DNA of 64,000 bases from Escherichia coli (GTDB taxonomy: Bacteria; Pseudomonadota; Gammaproteobacteria; Enterobacterales; Enterobacteriaceae). The position numbers were made by a program, and so were the translations under genes. Below are positions 1 to 8,771 of the stretch, in pieces (position 1 is the first letter of the stretch; each line of letters opens with the position of its first letter). The stretch is from assembly GCF_050920415.1 (NCBI RefSeq), contig NZ_CP169309.1, one strand, 5' to 3'. The notes beneath the pieces were generated by a model. The model searched no databases. It was not told the DNA's origin and was given only the letters and a program-made list of their open reading frames with translations.

Positions 1-407
1 CTTTTGAACCAGTCAATGAACCTAAAAACATTATGTTCGAACATGTCCGAACGGAGTGTGAAAAAACTCCTGACCGTCACGAAGAAACCGACAAGGCATT
101 CGAGGAAATATTCTGGTGTGCAGGCATGCGGAAGGCCGGGAAGAAAAACGCAGCGTCGGCATTCAGAACACAGTTCAGGGAATGGCGTAAAACTACCAGG
201 GGTACGGCAAGCGAGTTTGCCACGATGCTGGCAGAAGACATCGCATGCAGGAATGGTAAGCAGTTCGGATTCGACAGGTTGTTACCATCGAGCTACCTGA
301 ACGGTCAACGCTGGAACGACGAGAAGCCAGAAACTATTCAACCACAATCCAAACCATCATCCGCAATCACCGTATCGAAAACTGGCTACGTGTTTTTCGA
401 CAGGTGA
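1..407 (+). CDS. Phage early/replication-module protein, C-terminal fragment (5' end outside window)
   Basis: Open frame runs from window start to TGA at 405-407; lies directly upstream of the primase-helicase; no family recognised. Confidence 0.4.
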   Translation, partial: FEPVNEPKNIMFEHVRTECEKTPDRHEETDKAFEEIFWCAGMRKAGKKNAASAFRTQFREWRKTTRGTASEFATMLAEDIACRNGKQFGFDRLLPSSYLNGQRWNDEKPETIQPQSKPSSAITVSKTGYVFFDR

Positions 408-409
408 AC

Positions 410-517
410 CATGAAATCAAAAATCAAATCGCTACTGGTCGCTGGTTATAACCACGGCTGGTTAAGTATTTCGTTTGTCGATTTCTGGTTTAAAAATCTC
501 AATCTGAGGGAATCATG
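410..517 (+). CDS. Small hypothetical protein (35 aa)
   Basis: ATG 5 nt after upstream stop with AGGTG-like SD; its stop overlaps primase start (ATGA); absent from ORF track because <60 aa. Confidence 0.3.
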
Positions 518-2395
518 ACGCCAAGTGAACTTAGCGACCTGCTTTGGGCGCAGGTTGACAGGGTGGCTCCGCACCTGTTGCCAAACGGCAAGAAAGAGGG
601 GCATGAGTGGGTTGCCGGTAACGTCAACGGTGACAAGGGAAACAGCCTTAAGGTCAACCTTAGCGGCAAGAAAAAATGGGCTGATTTCGCTGAGGGAGAC
701 GGCGGTGACATGCTTGATTTGTGGATGGCATGTCGTGGAATTAACCTGCATCAGGCTATGCAGGAAGCGAAAGCCTTTCTCGGTATCAAGGATGACGATC
801 ACCATTTCGATGCCAAACGTGAGAAGAAATTCTCCAGACCTGATCGCAAGAAAATCGCCCGCTACGTTACCAGAACAGAATCCCATCTTGAGTACCTGCA
901 ATCGCGTGGCATATCGCCAGAAGTCGTAAAGCGCTACGAGGTTGTCAGCGGCAAGGTGTGGAATGGAGAACGAGAACTTGATGCACTGGTGCTTCCGTAC
1001 AAACGCGATGGTGAGTTGTTGCAGGTCAAGCGAATCAGCACTGAGCGCCCGGACGGGAAGAAAGTCATTATGGCAGAAGGTGATTGTGAACCTTGTCTGT
1101 TCGGATGGCAGGCTCTGGACGCTGGCGTGAGGGCGGTTGTGCTTTGCGAAGGCGAAATTGATTGTATGAGCTATGCGCAATACGGCATCTCGGCGTTATC
1201 CGTGCCGTTTGGTGGAGGAAAAGGCGCTAAGCAGCAGTGGATTGAGTTTGAGTATCACAACCTCGACAGGTTTGAGGAAATATTCATCTCGATGGACGTT
1301 GATGATGTTGGTCGTGAAGCCGCAAGGGAAATCGCAAGCCGACTCGGTGAACATCGTTGCCGTCTTGTTACTCTGCCGTACAAAGACATCAACGAATGCC
1401 TGATGAACGGTGTTACCGAGGATGAAATCTGGCAGTACATCGGCACGGCATCCTACTTCGATCCTGAAGAACTCTACAGCGCGCGAGAGTTTTACCAGGA
1501 CACTATCAACGCTTTCTACGGCAAGCAGCAGTATCTATTTAATCCACCGTGGGAATCTCTGGCAGATAAATTCCAGTTCCGTGAGGCCGAGTTGACGCTG
1601 GTCAATGGTGTGAACGGTCACGGAAAAACGGAGGTTGTCGGGCATATGGCACTTGAGGCAATGCGTCAGGGTGTGAAGACGTGCATCGCGTCACTTGAGC
1701 TGAAGCCTGGTATTCTCCTTAAGCGCCTTACCCGTCAGGCAACGTGCTGCAAGATGCCGCCAGTGCTTGAAATTGACTCTGCATTTAAATTCTATGACGA
1801 AAGACTTTGGGTGTTTGGCCTGACCGGAACGGCGAAAGCCGACAGGTTGATCGAAATATTCGACTACGCTCGCCGCCGATACGGCATCCAGTTATTCATC
1901 ATCGACAGCCTGATGAAATGCGGCATAGGTGACGATGACTATAACGGGCAGAAAGCATTTGTTGACTCGATTTGCGACTTCAAAAACAAAACAAACTCCC
2001 ACGTCATTCTCGTTACTCACTCCAGAAAAGGAGACAGCGAAGAAAAACCAACCGGGAAAATGGACGTAAAAGGCTCTGGAGCGATAACAGACCTGACAGA
2101 CAACCTTTTCATCATCTGGCGTAACAAGGCTCGCGAGAGAGCGTTACAGAGAGTTCAGAGTGGTGAAAAGATGTCAGAGAAGGACGAACAGCTACTGGCA
2201 TCTCCGGCATCTGTTTTGATGCTTGAAAAACAACGTAACGGCGAAGGTTGGGAAGGTGGTGTCCCGTTGTTCCTTGACGAGCAATCGCACCAGTTCCTGC
2301 AACTTGAATCAGGATCGCCTTATAGCTACATCGCCAATATGCCGAAATCGGAATATGACGAGGCGTGGCGACAGGAAAACGTGACGGAGTATTAA
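515..2395 (+). CDS. Phage DNA primase/helicase (Toprim domain fused to DnaB/T7-gp4-like helicase)
   Basis: Toprim acidic motifs (CEGEID, DVDDVG), Walker A GVNGHGKTE, Walker B-like LFIIDSL; 626 aa. Confidence 0.8.
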   Translation: MTPSELSDLLWAQVDRVAPHLLPNGKKEGHEWVAGNVNGDKGNSLKVNLSGKKKWADFAEGDGGDMLDLWMACRGINLHQAMQEAKAFLGIKDDDHHFDAKREKKFSRPDRKKIARYVTRTESHLEYLQSRGISPEVVKRYEVVSGKVWNGERELDALVLPYKRDGELLQVKRISTERPDGKKVIMAEGDCEPCLFGWQALDAGVRAVVLCEGEIDCMSYAQYGISALSVPFGGGKGAKQQWIEFEYHNLDRFEEIFISMDVDDVGREAAREIASRLGEHRCRLVTLPYKDINECLMNGVTEDEIWQYIGTASYFDPEELYSAREFYQDTINAFYGKQQYLFNPPWESLADKFQFREAELTLVNGVNGHGKTEVVGHMALEAMRQGVKTCIASLELKPGILLKRLTRQATCCKMPPVLEIDSAFKFYDERLWVFGLTGTAKADRLIEIFDYARRRYGIQLFIIDSLMKCGIGDDDYNGQKAFVDSICDFKNKTNSHVILVTHSRKGDSEEKPTGKMDVKGSGAITDLTDNLFIIWRNKARERALQRVQSGEKMSEKDEQLLASPASVLMLEKQRNGEGWEGGVPLFLDEQSHQFLQLESGSPYSYIANMPKSEYDEAWRQENVTEY

Positions 2396-2422
2396 ATGAC
2401 CATCTACATCACTGAGCTAATA

Positions 2423-2455
2423 AAAGGCCTGCTGGTAATCGCAGGCCTTTTTATT
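2423..2455 (+). terminator. Rho-independent terminator between primase-helicase and ninB
   Basis: Hairpin AAAGGCCTGC-(loop)-GCAGGCCTTT followed by T-run. Confidence 0.6.
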
Positions 2456-2472
2456 TGGGGGAGAGGGAAGTC

Positions 2473-2913
2473 ATGAAAAAACTAACCTTTGAAATTCGAT
2501 CTCCGGCACATCAGCAAAACGCTATTCACGCGGTACAGCAAATCCTTCCAGACCCAACCAAGCCAATCGTAGTGATCATTCAGGAGCGCAACCGCAGCTT
2601 AGACCAGAATCGGAAGCTTTGGGCTTGCCTTGGTGACGTCTCTCGTCAGGTTGAATGGCATGGGCGTTGGCTGGATGCAGAAAGCTGGAAGTGTGTGTTT
2701 ACCGCAGCATTAAAGCAGCAGGATGTTGTTCCTAACCTTGCCGGGAATGGCTTTGTGGTAATAGGCCAGTCAACCAGCAGGATGCGTGTAGGCGAATTTG
2801 CGGAGCTATTAGAGCTTATACAGGCATTCGGTACAGAGCGTGGCGTTAAGTGGTCAGACGAAGCGCGACTGGCTCTCGAATGGAAAGCGCGATGGGGAGA
2901 TCGGGCTGCATGA
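2473..2913 (+). CDS. ninB: NinB recombination protein
   Basis: Translation MKKLTFEIRSPAHQQNAIHAVQQ... matches lambda NinB as recalled; start at internal ATG 2473 with GGGAGAGGGAAG SD. Confidence 0.9.
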   Translation: MKKLTFEIRSPAHQQNAIHAVQQILPDPTKPIVVIIQERNRSLDQNRKLWACLGDVSRQVEWHGRWLDAESWKCVFTAALKQQDVVPNLAGNGFVVIGQSTSRMRVGEFAELLELIQAFGTERGVKWSDEARLALEWKARWGDRAA

Positions 2914-3437
2914 CTATCAAATCAAATACGCCAGCACACGACAAGGACTGCTGGCAAACGCCGCTTTGGCTTTTTGATGCACTGGATATTGAGTTTGGAT
3001 TCTGGCTGGATTCGGCAGCGAGCGACAAAAACGCTCTGTGCGCTCACTGGCTAACTGAGGCCGACGACGCGCTCAATTCTGAGTGGGTAAGCCACGGTGC
3101 AATCTGGAATAACCCACCGTACAGCAATATCAGGCCGTGGGTGGAAAAAGCCGCTGAGCAGTGTATACAACAGCGACAGACGGTAGTGATGCTTGTGCCA
3201 GAGGATATGTCAGTCGGATGGTTCAGCAAGGCTCTGGAGAGTGTCGACGAAGTTCGTATTATCACTGATGGACGGATTAATTTTATCGAACCATCGACAG
3301 GGCTAGAGAAGAAGGGAAACAGCAAAGGTTCCATGCTGCTGATTTGGCGACCGTTCATCAGTCCTCGACGGATGTTTACTACCGTATCCAAAGCGGCATT
3401 GATGGCGATCGGGCAGGGCGTCAGGAGGGCGGCATGA
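2910..3437 (+). CDS. Phage DNA N6-adenine methyltransferase (Dam-family)
   Basis: NPPY catalytic motif (..[11 protein letters not shown]..); start overlaps ninB stop (ATGA); occupies the ninC/ninD position. Confidence 0.8.
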   Translation: MTIKSNTPAHDKDCWQTPLWLFDALDIEFGFWLDSAASDKNALCAHWLTEADDALNSEWVSHGAIWNNPPYSNIRPWVEKAAEQCIQQRQTVVMLVPEDMSVGWFSKALESVDEVRIITDGRINFIEPSTGLEKKGNSKGSMLLIWRPFISPRRMFTTVSKAALMAIGQGVRRAA

Positions 3438-3616
3438 GACGACAGCGACGAAGTATCACCGACATAATCTGCGAAAACTGCAAATACCTTCCAACGAAGC
3501 GCTCCAGAAATAAACGCAAGCCAATCCCAAAAGAATCTGACGTAAAAACCTTCAACTACACGGCTCACCTGTGGGATATCCGGTGGCTTAGAGAACGTGC
3601 GAGGAAAATAAGGTGA
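3434..3616 (+). CDS. ninE: NinE protein
   Basis: [34 protein letters not shown]... matches lambda NinE as recalled. Confidence 0.85.
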   Translation: MRRQRRSITDIICENCKYLPTKRSRNKRKPIPKESDVKTFNYTAHLWDIRWLRERARKIR

Positions 3617-3783
3617 TTGACCCAAATCGAAGTTACGAACAAGAAAGCGTAGAGCGGGCTTTAACGTGCGCTAACTGCGGTCAGAAGCTGCATGTGCTTG
3701 AAGTTCACGTGTGTGAGCACTGCTGCGCAGAACTGATGAGCGATCCGAATAGCTCAATGTACGAGGAAGAAGACGATGAATGA
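3613..3783 (+). CDS. ninF: NinF protein
   Basis: GTG start overlapping ninE stop; translation ..[46 protein letters not shown].. matches lambda NinF as recalled. Confidence 0.8.
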   Translation: MIDPNRSYEQESVERALTCANCGQKLHVLEVHVCEHCCAELMSDPNSSMYEEEDDE

Positions 3784-4498
3784 GTTAATAAATGGCAATG
3801 CTATCAAAATGACAAGCATTGAAATCGCTGAGTTGGTGGGTAAGCGTCAAGACAATGTGAAACGTACCATCGAAACGCTGGCTAAAAATGGTGTTATCCG
3901 GCTTCCTCAAATTGAGGTTTCCGAAAGAATCAATAACTTAGGGTTCAATGTTCAGTACGAGCATTACGTCTTCGAAGGCGAACAAGGTAAGCGAGACAGT
4001 ATTGTCGTTGTTGCCCAGTTGTCGCCGGAATTCACCGCTCGTCTTGTTGACCGTTGGCGAGAGCTTGAGGAAACTGCGGTTAATATCCCCAAAACGCTAC
4101 CAGAAGCGTTGCGCCTTGCTGCTGATCTTGCTGAGCAGAAAATGCAACTGGAAAACCAGCTCGCAATTGCCGCACCTAAAGTTGAGTTTGCCGATCGCGT
4201 TGGCGAGGCCAGCGGAATTTTGATTGGAAACTTTGCAAAGGTTGTCGGTATTGGTCCAAACAAACTGTTTGCGTGGATGCGTGATCACAAAATCCTTATT
4301 GCTTCAGGTTCCCGGCGCAATGTGCCAATGCAGGAATATATGGATCGCGGCTATTTCACAGTGAAAGAAACAGCGGTCAACACAAATCACGGAATACAGA
4401 TATCGTTCACCACAAAAATCACCGGGCGTGGTCAACAGTGGCTGACCAGAAAGCTGCTCGATAACGGAATGCTGAAAGTAACAGGGGAGGCTGCTTAA
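3776..4498 (+). CDS. Rha-family phage regulatory protein with KilA-C/antirepressor-like C-terminal domain
   Basis: N-terminus MTSIEIAELVGKRQDNVKRTIETL resembles Phage_pRha domain; 240 aa in the position normally occupied by ninG. Confidence 0.6.
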   Translation: MNELINGNAIKMTSIEIAELVGKRQDNVKRTIETLAKNGVIRLPQIEVSERINNLGFNVQYEHYVFEGEQGKRDSIVVVAQLSPEFTARLVDRWRELEETAVNIPKTLPEALRLAADLAEQKMQLENQLAIAAPKVEFADRVGEASGILIGNFAKVVGIGPNKLFAWMRDHKILIASGSRRNVPMQEYMDRGYFTVKETAVNTNHGIQISFTTKITGRGQQWLTRKLLDNGMLKVTGEAA

Positions 4499-4788
4499 TG
4501 GCTAACCTACGCAAAGAAGCGCGCAACAGAGAATGCCAGGTACGTATTTACGGCGTATGCAATGGCAATCCTGAAACTACAGTTCTGGCACATTACCGGA
4601 TGGCTGGAATTTGCGGAACGGGAATGAAACCTGACGACCTGATCGGCGCATGGGCTTGTAGTGACTGCCACGCGGAGATCGACCGACGCACAAGGATTCT
4701 CGACAACAAAGACGCCAGACTTTACCACCTCGAAGGCGTGATAAGGACGCAGGCGATACTGCTGAAGGAGGGGAAGATTAAGCCATGA
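4498..4788 (+). CDS. DUF1364-family protein (YbcO-like, putative nuclease)
   Basis: Cys/His-rich translation ..RECQVRIYGVCNGNPETTVLAHYR..CSDCHAEIDRR.. resembles DLP12 YbcO as recalled. Confidence 0.7.
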   Translation: MANLRKEARNRECQVRIYGVCNGNPETTVLAHYRMAGICGTGMKPDDLIGAWACSDCHAEIDRRTRILDNKDARLYHLEGVIRTQAILLKEGKIKP

Positions 4789-5146
4789 ACGAATATCAGT
4801 TTGTGCTTCCATACCCGCCGTCGCTGAACACCTACTGGCGAAGACGGGGAGTCAATACTACATCAGCGATAAAGGCCAGAAATACCGAAAAGACGTTCAG
4901 CAAATCATCCGCCAACTTAAGTTAGACATTTTCACCAAATCACGACTCCGCATCAAAGTCATCGCAGACGTTCCAGACTCCCGCCGCCGCGACCTCGATA
5001 ACATCCTGAAGGGTTTACTCGACTCCCTTATCCACGCCGGATTTGCGGAAGACGACGAGCAATTCGATGACATTCGCGTAATTCGTGGTGTGAAAGTACC
5101 AGGCGGACGGCTTGGAATAAAAATCACCGAACTGGAGAACGTATGA
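4785..5146 (+). pseudogene. rusA: Holliday-junction resolvase RusA, interrupted by an apparent 1-nt deletion near 4848-4851
   Basis: N-terminal RusA-like MNEYQFVLPYPPSLNTYWRRRG in frame 0 from 4785, RusA-like C-terminus ..DVPDSRRRDLDNILKGLLDSLIHAGF..GGRLGIKITELENV in frame -1 ending 5146; span 362 nt is one short of 121 codons. Confidence 0.7.
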
Positions 5147-5331
5147 ACGCCACAATTCAAACGATACCAGAGCTTCTTATCCAGACACGAGGCAATCAGA
5201 CCGAAGTGGCGAGGATGCTTTCCTGCGCAAGAGGAACAGTGCTCAAGTACAACCGAGACAGCAAAGGCGAGCGTCACGTAATAGTTAACGGCGTCCTGAT
5301 GGTCAAACAGGGCAAAAGGGGAAGGCCATGA
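5143..5331 (+). CDS. ninH: NinH protein
   Basis: ..TIPELLIQTRGNQTEVARMLSCARGTVLKY.. resembles lambda NinH as recalled; ATGA overlap with rusA stop. Confidence 0.85.
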   Translation: MNATIQTIPELLIQTRGNQTEVARMLSCARGTVLKYNRDSKGERHVIVNGVLMVKQGKRGRP

Positions 5332-5951
5332 GACTAGAAAGCGTAGCTAAATTTCATTCGCCAAAAAGCCCGATGATGAGTGACTCACCACGGGCCACGG
5401 CTTCTGACTCTCTTTCCGGTACTGATGTGATGGCTGCTATGGGGATGGCGCAATCACAAGCCGGATTCGGAATGGCTGCATTCTGTGGTAAGCACGAACT
5501 CAGCCAGAACGACAAACAAAAGGCTATCAACTATCTGATGCAATTTGCACACAAGGTATCGGGGAAATACCGGGGTGTGGCAAAGCTCGAAGGAAATACT
5601 AAGGCAAAGGTACTGCAAGTGCTCGCAACATTCGCTTATGCTGATTATTGCCGTAGTGCCGCGACGCCGGGCGCAAGATGCAGAGATTGCCACGGTACAG
5701 GCCGTGCGGTTGATATAGCCAAAACAGAGCAGTGGGGGAGAGTTGTTGAGAAAGAGTGCGGAAGATGCAAAGGTGTCGGCTATTCAAGAATGCCAGCAAG
5801 CGCTGCATATCGCGCTGTAACGATGCTAATCCCAAACCTTACCCAACCCACCTGGTCACGCACTGTTAAGCCGCTGTATGACGCTCTGGTGGTGCAATGC
5901 CACAAAGAAGAGTCAATCGCAGACAACATTTTGAATGCGGTCACACGTTAG
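5328..5951 (+). CDS. Q: Late-gene antiterminator Q
   Basis: 207 aa; translation matches lambda Q as recalled (MRLESVAKFHSPKSPMMSDSPRATASDS...). Confidence 0.9.
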   Translation: MRLESVAKFHSPKSPMMSDSPRATASDSLSGTDVMAAMGMAQSQAGFGMAAFCGKHELSQNDKQKAINYLMQFAHKVSGKYRGVAKLEGNTKAKVLQVLATFAYADYCRSAATPGARCRDCHGTGRAVDIAKTEQWGRVVEKECGRCKGVGYSRMPASAAYRAVTMLIPNLTQPTWSRTVKPLYDALVVQCHKEESIADNILNAVTR

Positions 5952-5993
5952 CAGCATGATTGCCACGGATGGCAACATATTAACGGCATGATA

Positions 5994-6022
5994 TTGACTT
6001 TTTGAATAAAGTTGGGTAAATT
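5994..6022 (+). promoter_or_regulatory. Late promoter pR' (-35 TTGACT, 17-bp spacer, -10 TAAATT) with adjacent qut region
   Basis: Sequence TTGACTTTTTGAATAAAGTTGGGTAAATT matches lambda pR' as recalled. Confidence 0.7.
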
Positions 6023-6056
6023 TGACTCAACGATGGATAAATGCACTCGTTAAATA

Positions 6057-6085
6057 AAGCCCTGAGTTAATAGCTGGGGCTTTTT
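6057..6085 (+). terminator. tR'-like terminator downstream of pR'
   Basis: Hairpin AGCCCT..GGGGCT followed by TTTTT. Confidence 0.55.
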
Positions 6086-6383
6086 GCGTTTTAAGCACGA
6101 CCTTTCTGAAAGCGCATCAAACCAAATACCAGACAGACCAAAATAATCACCTTATCCGCTGTGGCTACGGTGCGGTGTGCTTTGCATAAAAGAAAACCAG
6201 CTCAATGGCTGGCTTCGTGAAAGCGGGTGGCAAGAGGTTGCGCTAACAACCTCATGCCGTTTTGCCCGTGCATATCGGTCACGAACAAATCTGATTACTA
6301 AACACAGTAGCCTGGATTTGTTCTATCAGTAATCGACCTTATTCCTAATTAAATAGAGCAAATCCCCTTATTGGGGGTAAGAC

Positions 6384-6707
6384 ATGAAGATGCCAGAAAA
6401 ACATGACCTGTTAGCCGCCATTCTCGCGGCAAAGGAACAAGGCATCGGGGCAATCCTTGCGTTTGCAATGGCGTACCTTCGCGGCAGATATAATGGCGGT
6501 GCGTTTACAAAAACAGTAATCGACGCAACGATGTGCGCCATTATCGCCTGGTTCATTCGTGACCTTCTCGACTTCGCCGGACTAAGTAGCAATCTCGCTT
6601 ATATAACGAGCGTGTTCATCGGCTACATCGGTACTGACTCGATTGGTTCGCTTATCAAACGCTTCGCTGCTAAAAAAGCCGGAGTAGAAGATGGTGGAAA
6701 TCAATAA
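6384..6707 (+). CDS. S: Holin S (dual-start MKM)
   Basis: 107 aa; [34 protein letters not shown]... matches lambda S as recalled. Confidence 0.9.
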   Translation: MKMPEKHDLLAAILAAKEQGIGAILAFAMAYLRGRYNGGAFTKTVIDATMCAIIAWFIRDLLDFAGLSSNLAYITSVFIGYIGTDSIGSLIKRFAAKKAGVEDGGNQ

Positions 6708-7167
6708 TCAACGTAAGGCGTTCCTCGATATGCTGGCGTGGTCAGAGGGAACTGATAACGGACGTCAGAAAACCAGAAATCATGGTTATGACGTCATTGT
6801 AGGCGGGGGGCTATTCACTGATTACTCCGATCACCCTCGCAAACTTGTCACGCTAAACCCCAAACTCAAATCAACAGCAGCCGGACGTTACCAGCTTCTT
6901 TCCCGTTGGTGGGATGCCTACCGCAAGCAGCTTGGCCTGAAAGACTTCTCTCCGAAAAGTCAGGACGCTGTGGCATTGCAGCAGATTAAGGAGCGTGGCG
7001 CTTTGCCGATGATTGATCGCGGTGATATTCGTCAGGCAATCGACCGTTGCAGCAATATCTGGGCTTCACTGCCGGGCGCTGGTTATGGCCAGTTCGAGCA
7101 TAAGGCTGACAGCCTGATTGCAAAATTCAAAGAAGCAGGCGGAACGGTTAGAGAGATTGAGGTATGA
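6691..7167 (+). CDS. R: Endolysin R (lytic transglycosylase)
   Basis: 158 aa; [39 protein letters not shown].. matches lambda R as recalled. Confidence 0.9.
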   Translation: MVEINNQRKAFLDMLAWSEGTDNGRQKTRNHGYDVIVGGGLFTDYSDHPRKLVTLNPKLKSTAAGRYQLLSRWWDAYRKQLGLKDFSPKSQDAVALQQIKERGALPMIDRGDIRQAIDRCSNIWASLPGAGYGQFEHKADSLIAKFKEAGGTVREIEV

Positions 7168-7601
7168 GCAGAGTCACCGCGATTATCTCCGCTCTGATTA
7201 TCTGCATCGTCGTCTGTCTGTCATGGGCGGTCAATCATTACCGTGATAACGCCATCGCCTACAAAGAACAGCGCGATAAGGCCGCATCCACAATCGCTGA
7301 CATGCAGAAGCGTCAACGTGATGTAGCAGAACTTGACGCCAGATACACAAAGGAGCTTGCTGATGCTAATGCGACTATCGAAAGTCTCCGTGCTGATGTT
7401 TCTGCTGGTCGTAAGCGCCTGCAAGTCGCCGCCACCTGTGCAAAGTCAACGACCGGAGCCAACAGCATGGGCGATGGAGAAAGCCCAAGACTTACAGCAG
7501 ATGCTGAACTCAATTATTACCGTCTCAGAAGTGGAATCGACAAGATAACCGCGCAGGTTAACTACCTGCAGGAATACATCAGGACGCAATGCCTGAAATG
7601 A
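7164..7601 (+). CDS. Rz: Spanin inner-membrane subunit Rz
   Basis: 145 aa with N-terminal TM segment, directly after R. Confidence 0.85.
   Translation: MSRVTAIISALIICIVVCLSWAVNHYRDNAIAYKEQRDKAASTIADMQKRQRDVAELDARYTKELADANATIESLRADVSAGRKRLQVAATCAKSTTGANSMGDGESPRLTADAELNYYRLRSGIDKITAQVNYLQEYIRTQCLK
7363..7548 (+). CDS. Rz1: Spanin outer-membrane lipoprotein Rz1, embedded in +1 frame of Rz
   Basis: Embedded ORF with signal peptide and lipobox-like LLVVSAC followed by Pro-rich segment. Confidence 0.65.
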   Translation: MLMRLSKVSVLMFLLVVSACKSPPPVQSQRPEPTAWAMEKAQDLQQMLNSIITVSEVESTR

Positions 7602-7635
7602 TGGGCGATGAAAACCAAAAAACAGGAGCAATACA

Positions 7636-7910
7636 TGACTAAGCTTTATCACCGCATCTCAACTTTTCTCTCTGGGTGCTGGGCGTTTATCACGTCTATT
7701 TCGTTCGCCATCTTTAGTTTCGGTAGCACAGCATGCTCGCTTAGTCGGGGTATGTGGCGTGCTATTTCAGCACTAGCGCCGAAATTTTTACCTGAAAAGG
7801 CTGTTTGGCGAATTGTAGAGCGAATGTGTAGTGAGAGCGTTCGCGAGAAGATTAACGTATTTGGGCGTCATCCTCGAAATACAGGCGCATTGTGCAGTTC
7901 GTTACTGTAG
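7636..7910 (+). CDS. Hypothetical small membrane protein (91 aa)
   Basis: ATG 7 nt downstream of AGGAG; hydrophobic segment FLSGCWAFITSISFAIFSF; no recognised family. Confidence 0.3.
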
Positions 7911-8139
7911 TCATTACAAAGCCCATCAATGGGTGGGCTTGATAATGAAACCGGAATTTATTCTGGGCCACCAGTTAACGGCAGTACAGCGAAACAACCC
8001 AAGCCAGTAAGTGGGGAAATAACACTGGCAGCCACTGAAAGATGAACCTCCTGCCTTATGGCAAAAAAGATTCTTTGTGGTGGCGGACTGATGGAAAGAC
8101 ATCCACTGAATCGATGATAAACAAGTGGAATAGGTTGCG

Positions 8140-8310
8140 ATGGTTTCCGTGAACAAAGATCCGAAGGAAGGCGTTGAATACATCACTGGTGCTGATGGTG
8201 TGAAAAGGCCAATGGCTTATTACAAAGCTGCTGAAGAGAGGGCAAGAATGGAAAATCCCCCTAAATGCGGATCATTTTTCGACATGCTGGACCTTCAATG
8301 GAAGTTGTGA
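8140..8310 (+). CDS. Hypothetical small protein (56 aa)
   Basis: ORF MVSVNKDPKEGVEYITGADGVKRPMAYYKAAEERARMENPPKCGSFFDMLDLQWKL followed 10 nt later by a hairpin+T-run terminator; weak SD. Confidence 0.3.
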   Translation: MVSVNKDPKEGVEYITGADGVKRPMAYYKAAEERARMENPPKCGSFFDMLDLQWKL

Positions 8311-8319
8311 ACAACTAAC

Positions 8320-8344
8320 AGGTCGCTCAGGCGGCCTTTTTTAT
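8320..8344 (+). terminator. Rho-independent terminator
   Basis: AGGTCGC-TCAG-GCGGCCT stem (one G-U) followed by TTTTTTA. Confidence 0.5.
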
Positions 8345-8449
8345 TGCCATCACAAAAGCCATTCCCTACATAGTGGCTTTGATAATGGCTTATACCCTAC
8401 ACGGGATAACTTAACTGATATCCCTTTTAACGGATAAACGGAGCCAACA

Positions 8450-8692
8450 ATGGCAGAGATTATTCCCATGACTGAAGAACAGAAGTTCAAGTTAGAAATT
8501 TACCGACTGCTATCTAAGAACAATTCAGCGGCAGAGGAAGCTTTTGCATTCATTGGTGCTGACCAACTGAAACTGGAATTGTTCAAGTTGCACTACAACG
8601 ATGGCGGTGCAAATCCAGACTTCACATCTCGCACTATCGAAGCGGTGCGTAAATCGAAGGAAGCGTTAGACCTGTTCACTACCGGAGCATAA
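8450..8692 (+). CDS. Conserved hypothetical phage protein upstream of small terminase (80 aa)
   Basis: Good SD GGAG; 80 aa; position and length like the small ORF preceding gene 3 in P22-like phages (from memory). Confidence 0.55.
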   Translation: MAEIIPMTEEQKFKLEIYRLLSKNNSAAEEAFAFIGADQLKLELFKLHYNDGGANPDFTSRTIEAVRKSKEALDLFTTGA

Positions 8693-8771
8693 ACATGGCA
8701 ACTCAAGGTTTCGACAACCCATCCAAATTCCGCGATGAATGGGATAAGCAAGCAGAAGGGAAATAATCAAT

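Noticed and set aside
446-1180. 244-aa ORF on the minus strand
   Set aside because: Lies entirely antisense within the primase-helicase gene, which has clear Toprim/helicase motifs; no start context; typical shadow ORF.
3044-3625. 193-aa ORF on the minus strand
   Set aside because: Antisense to the methyltransferase and ninE genes, which are supported by motifs and translational coupling; low-complexity translation.
7926-8186. 86-aa minus-strand ORF at the position where lambda has bor
   Set aside because: The translation has no signal peptide or lipobox and does not resemble Bor; it is Cys/Trp-rich and overlaps plus-strand small ORFs, so it is probably not a gene.
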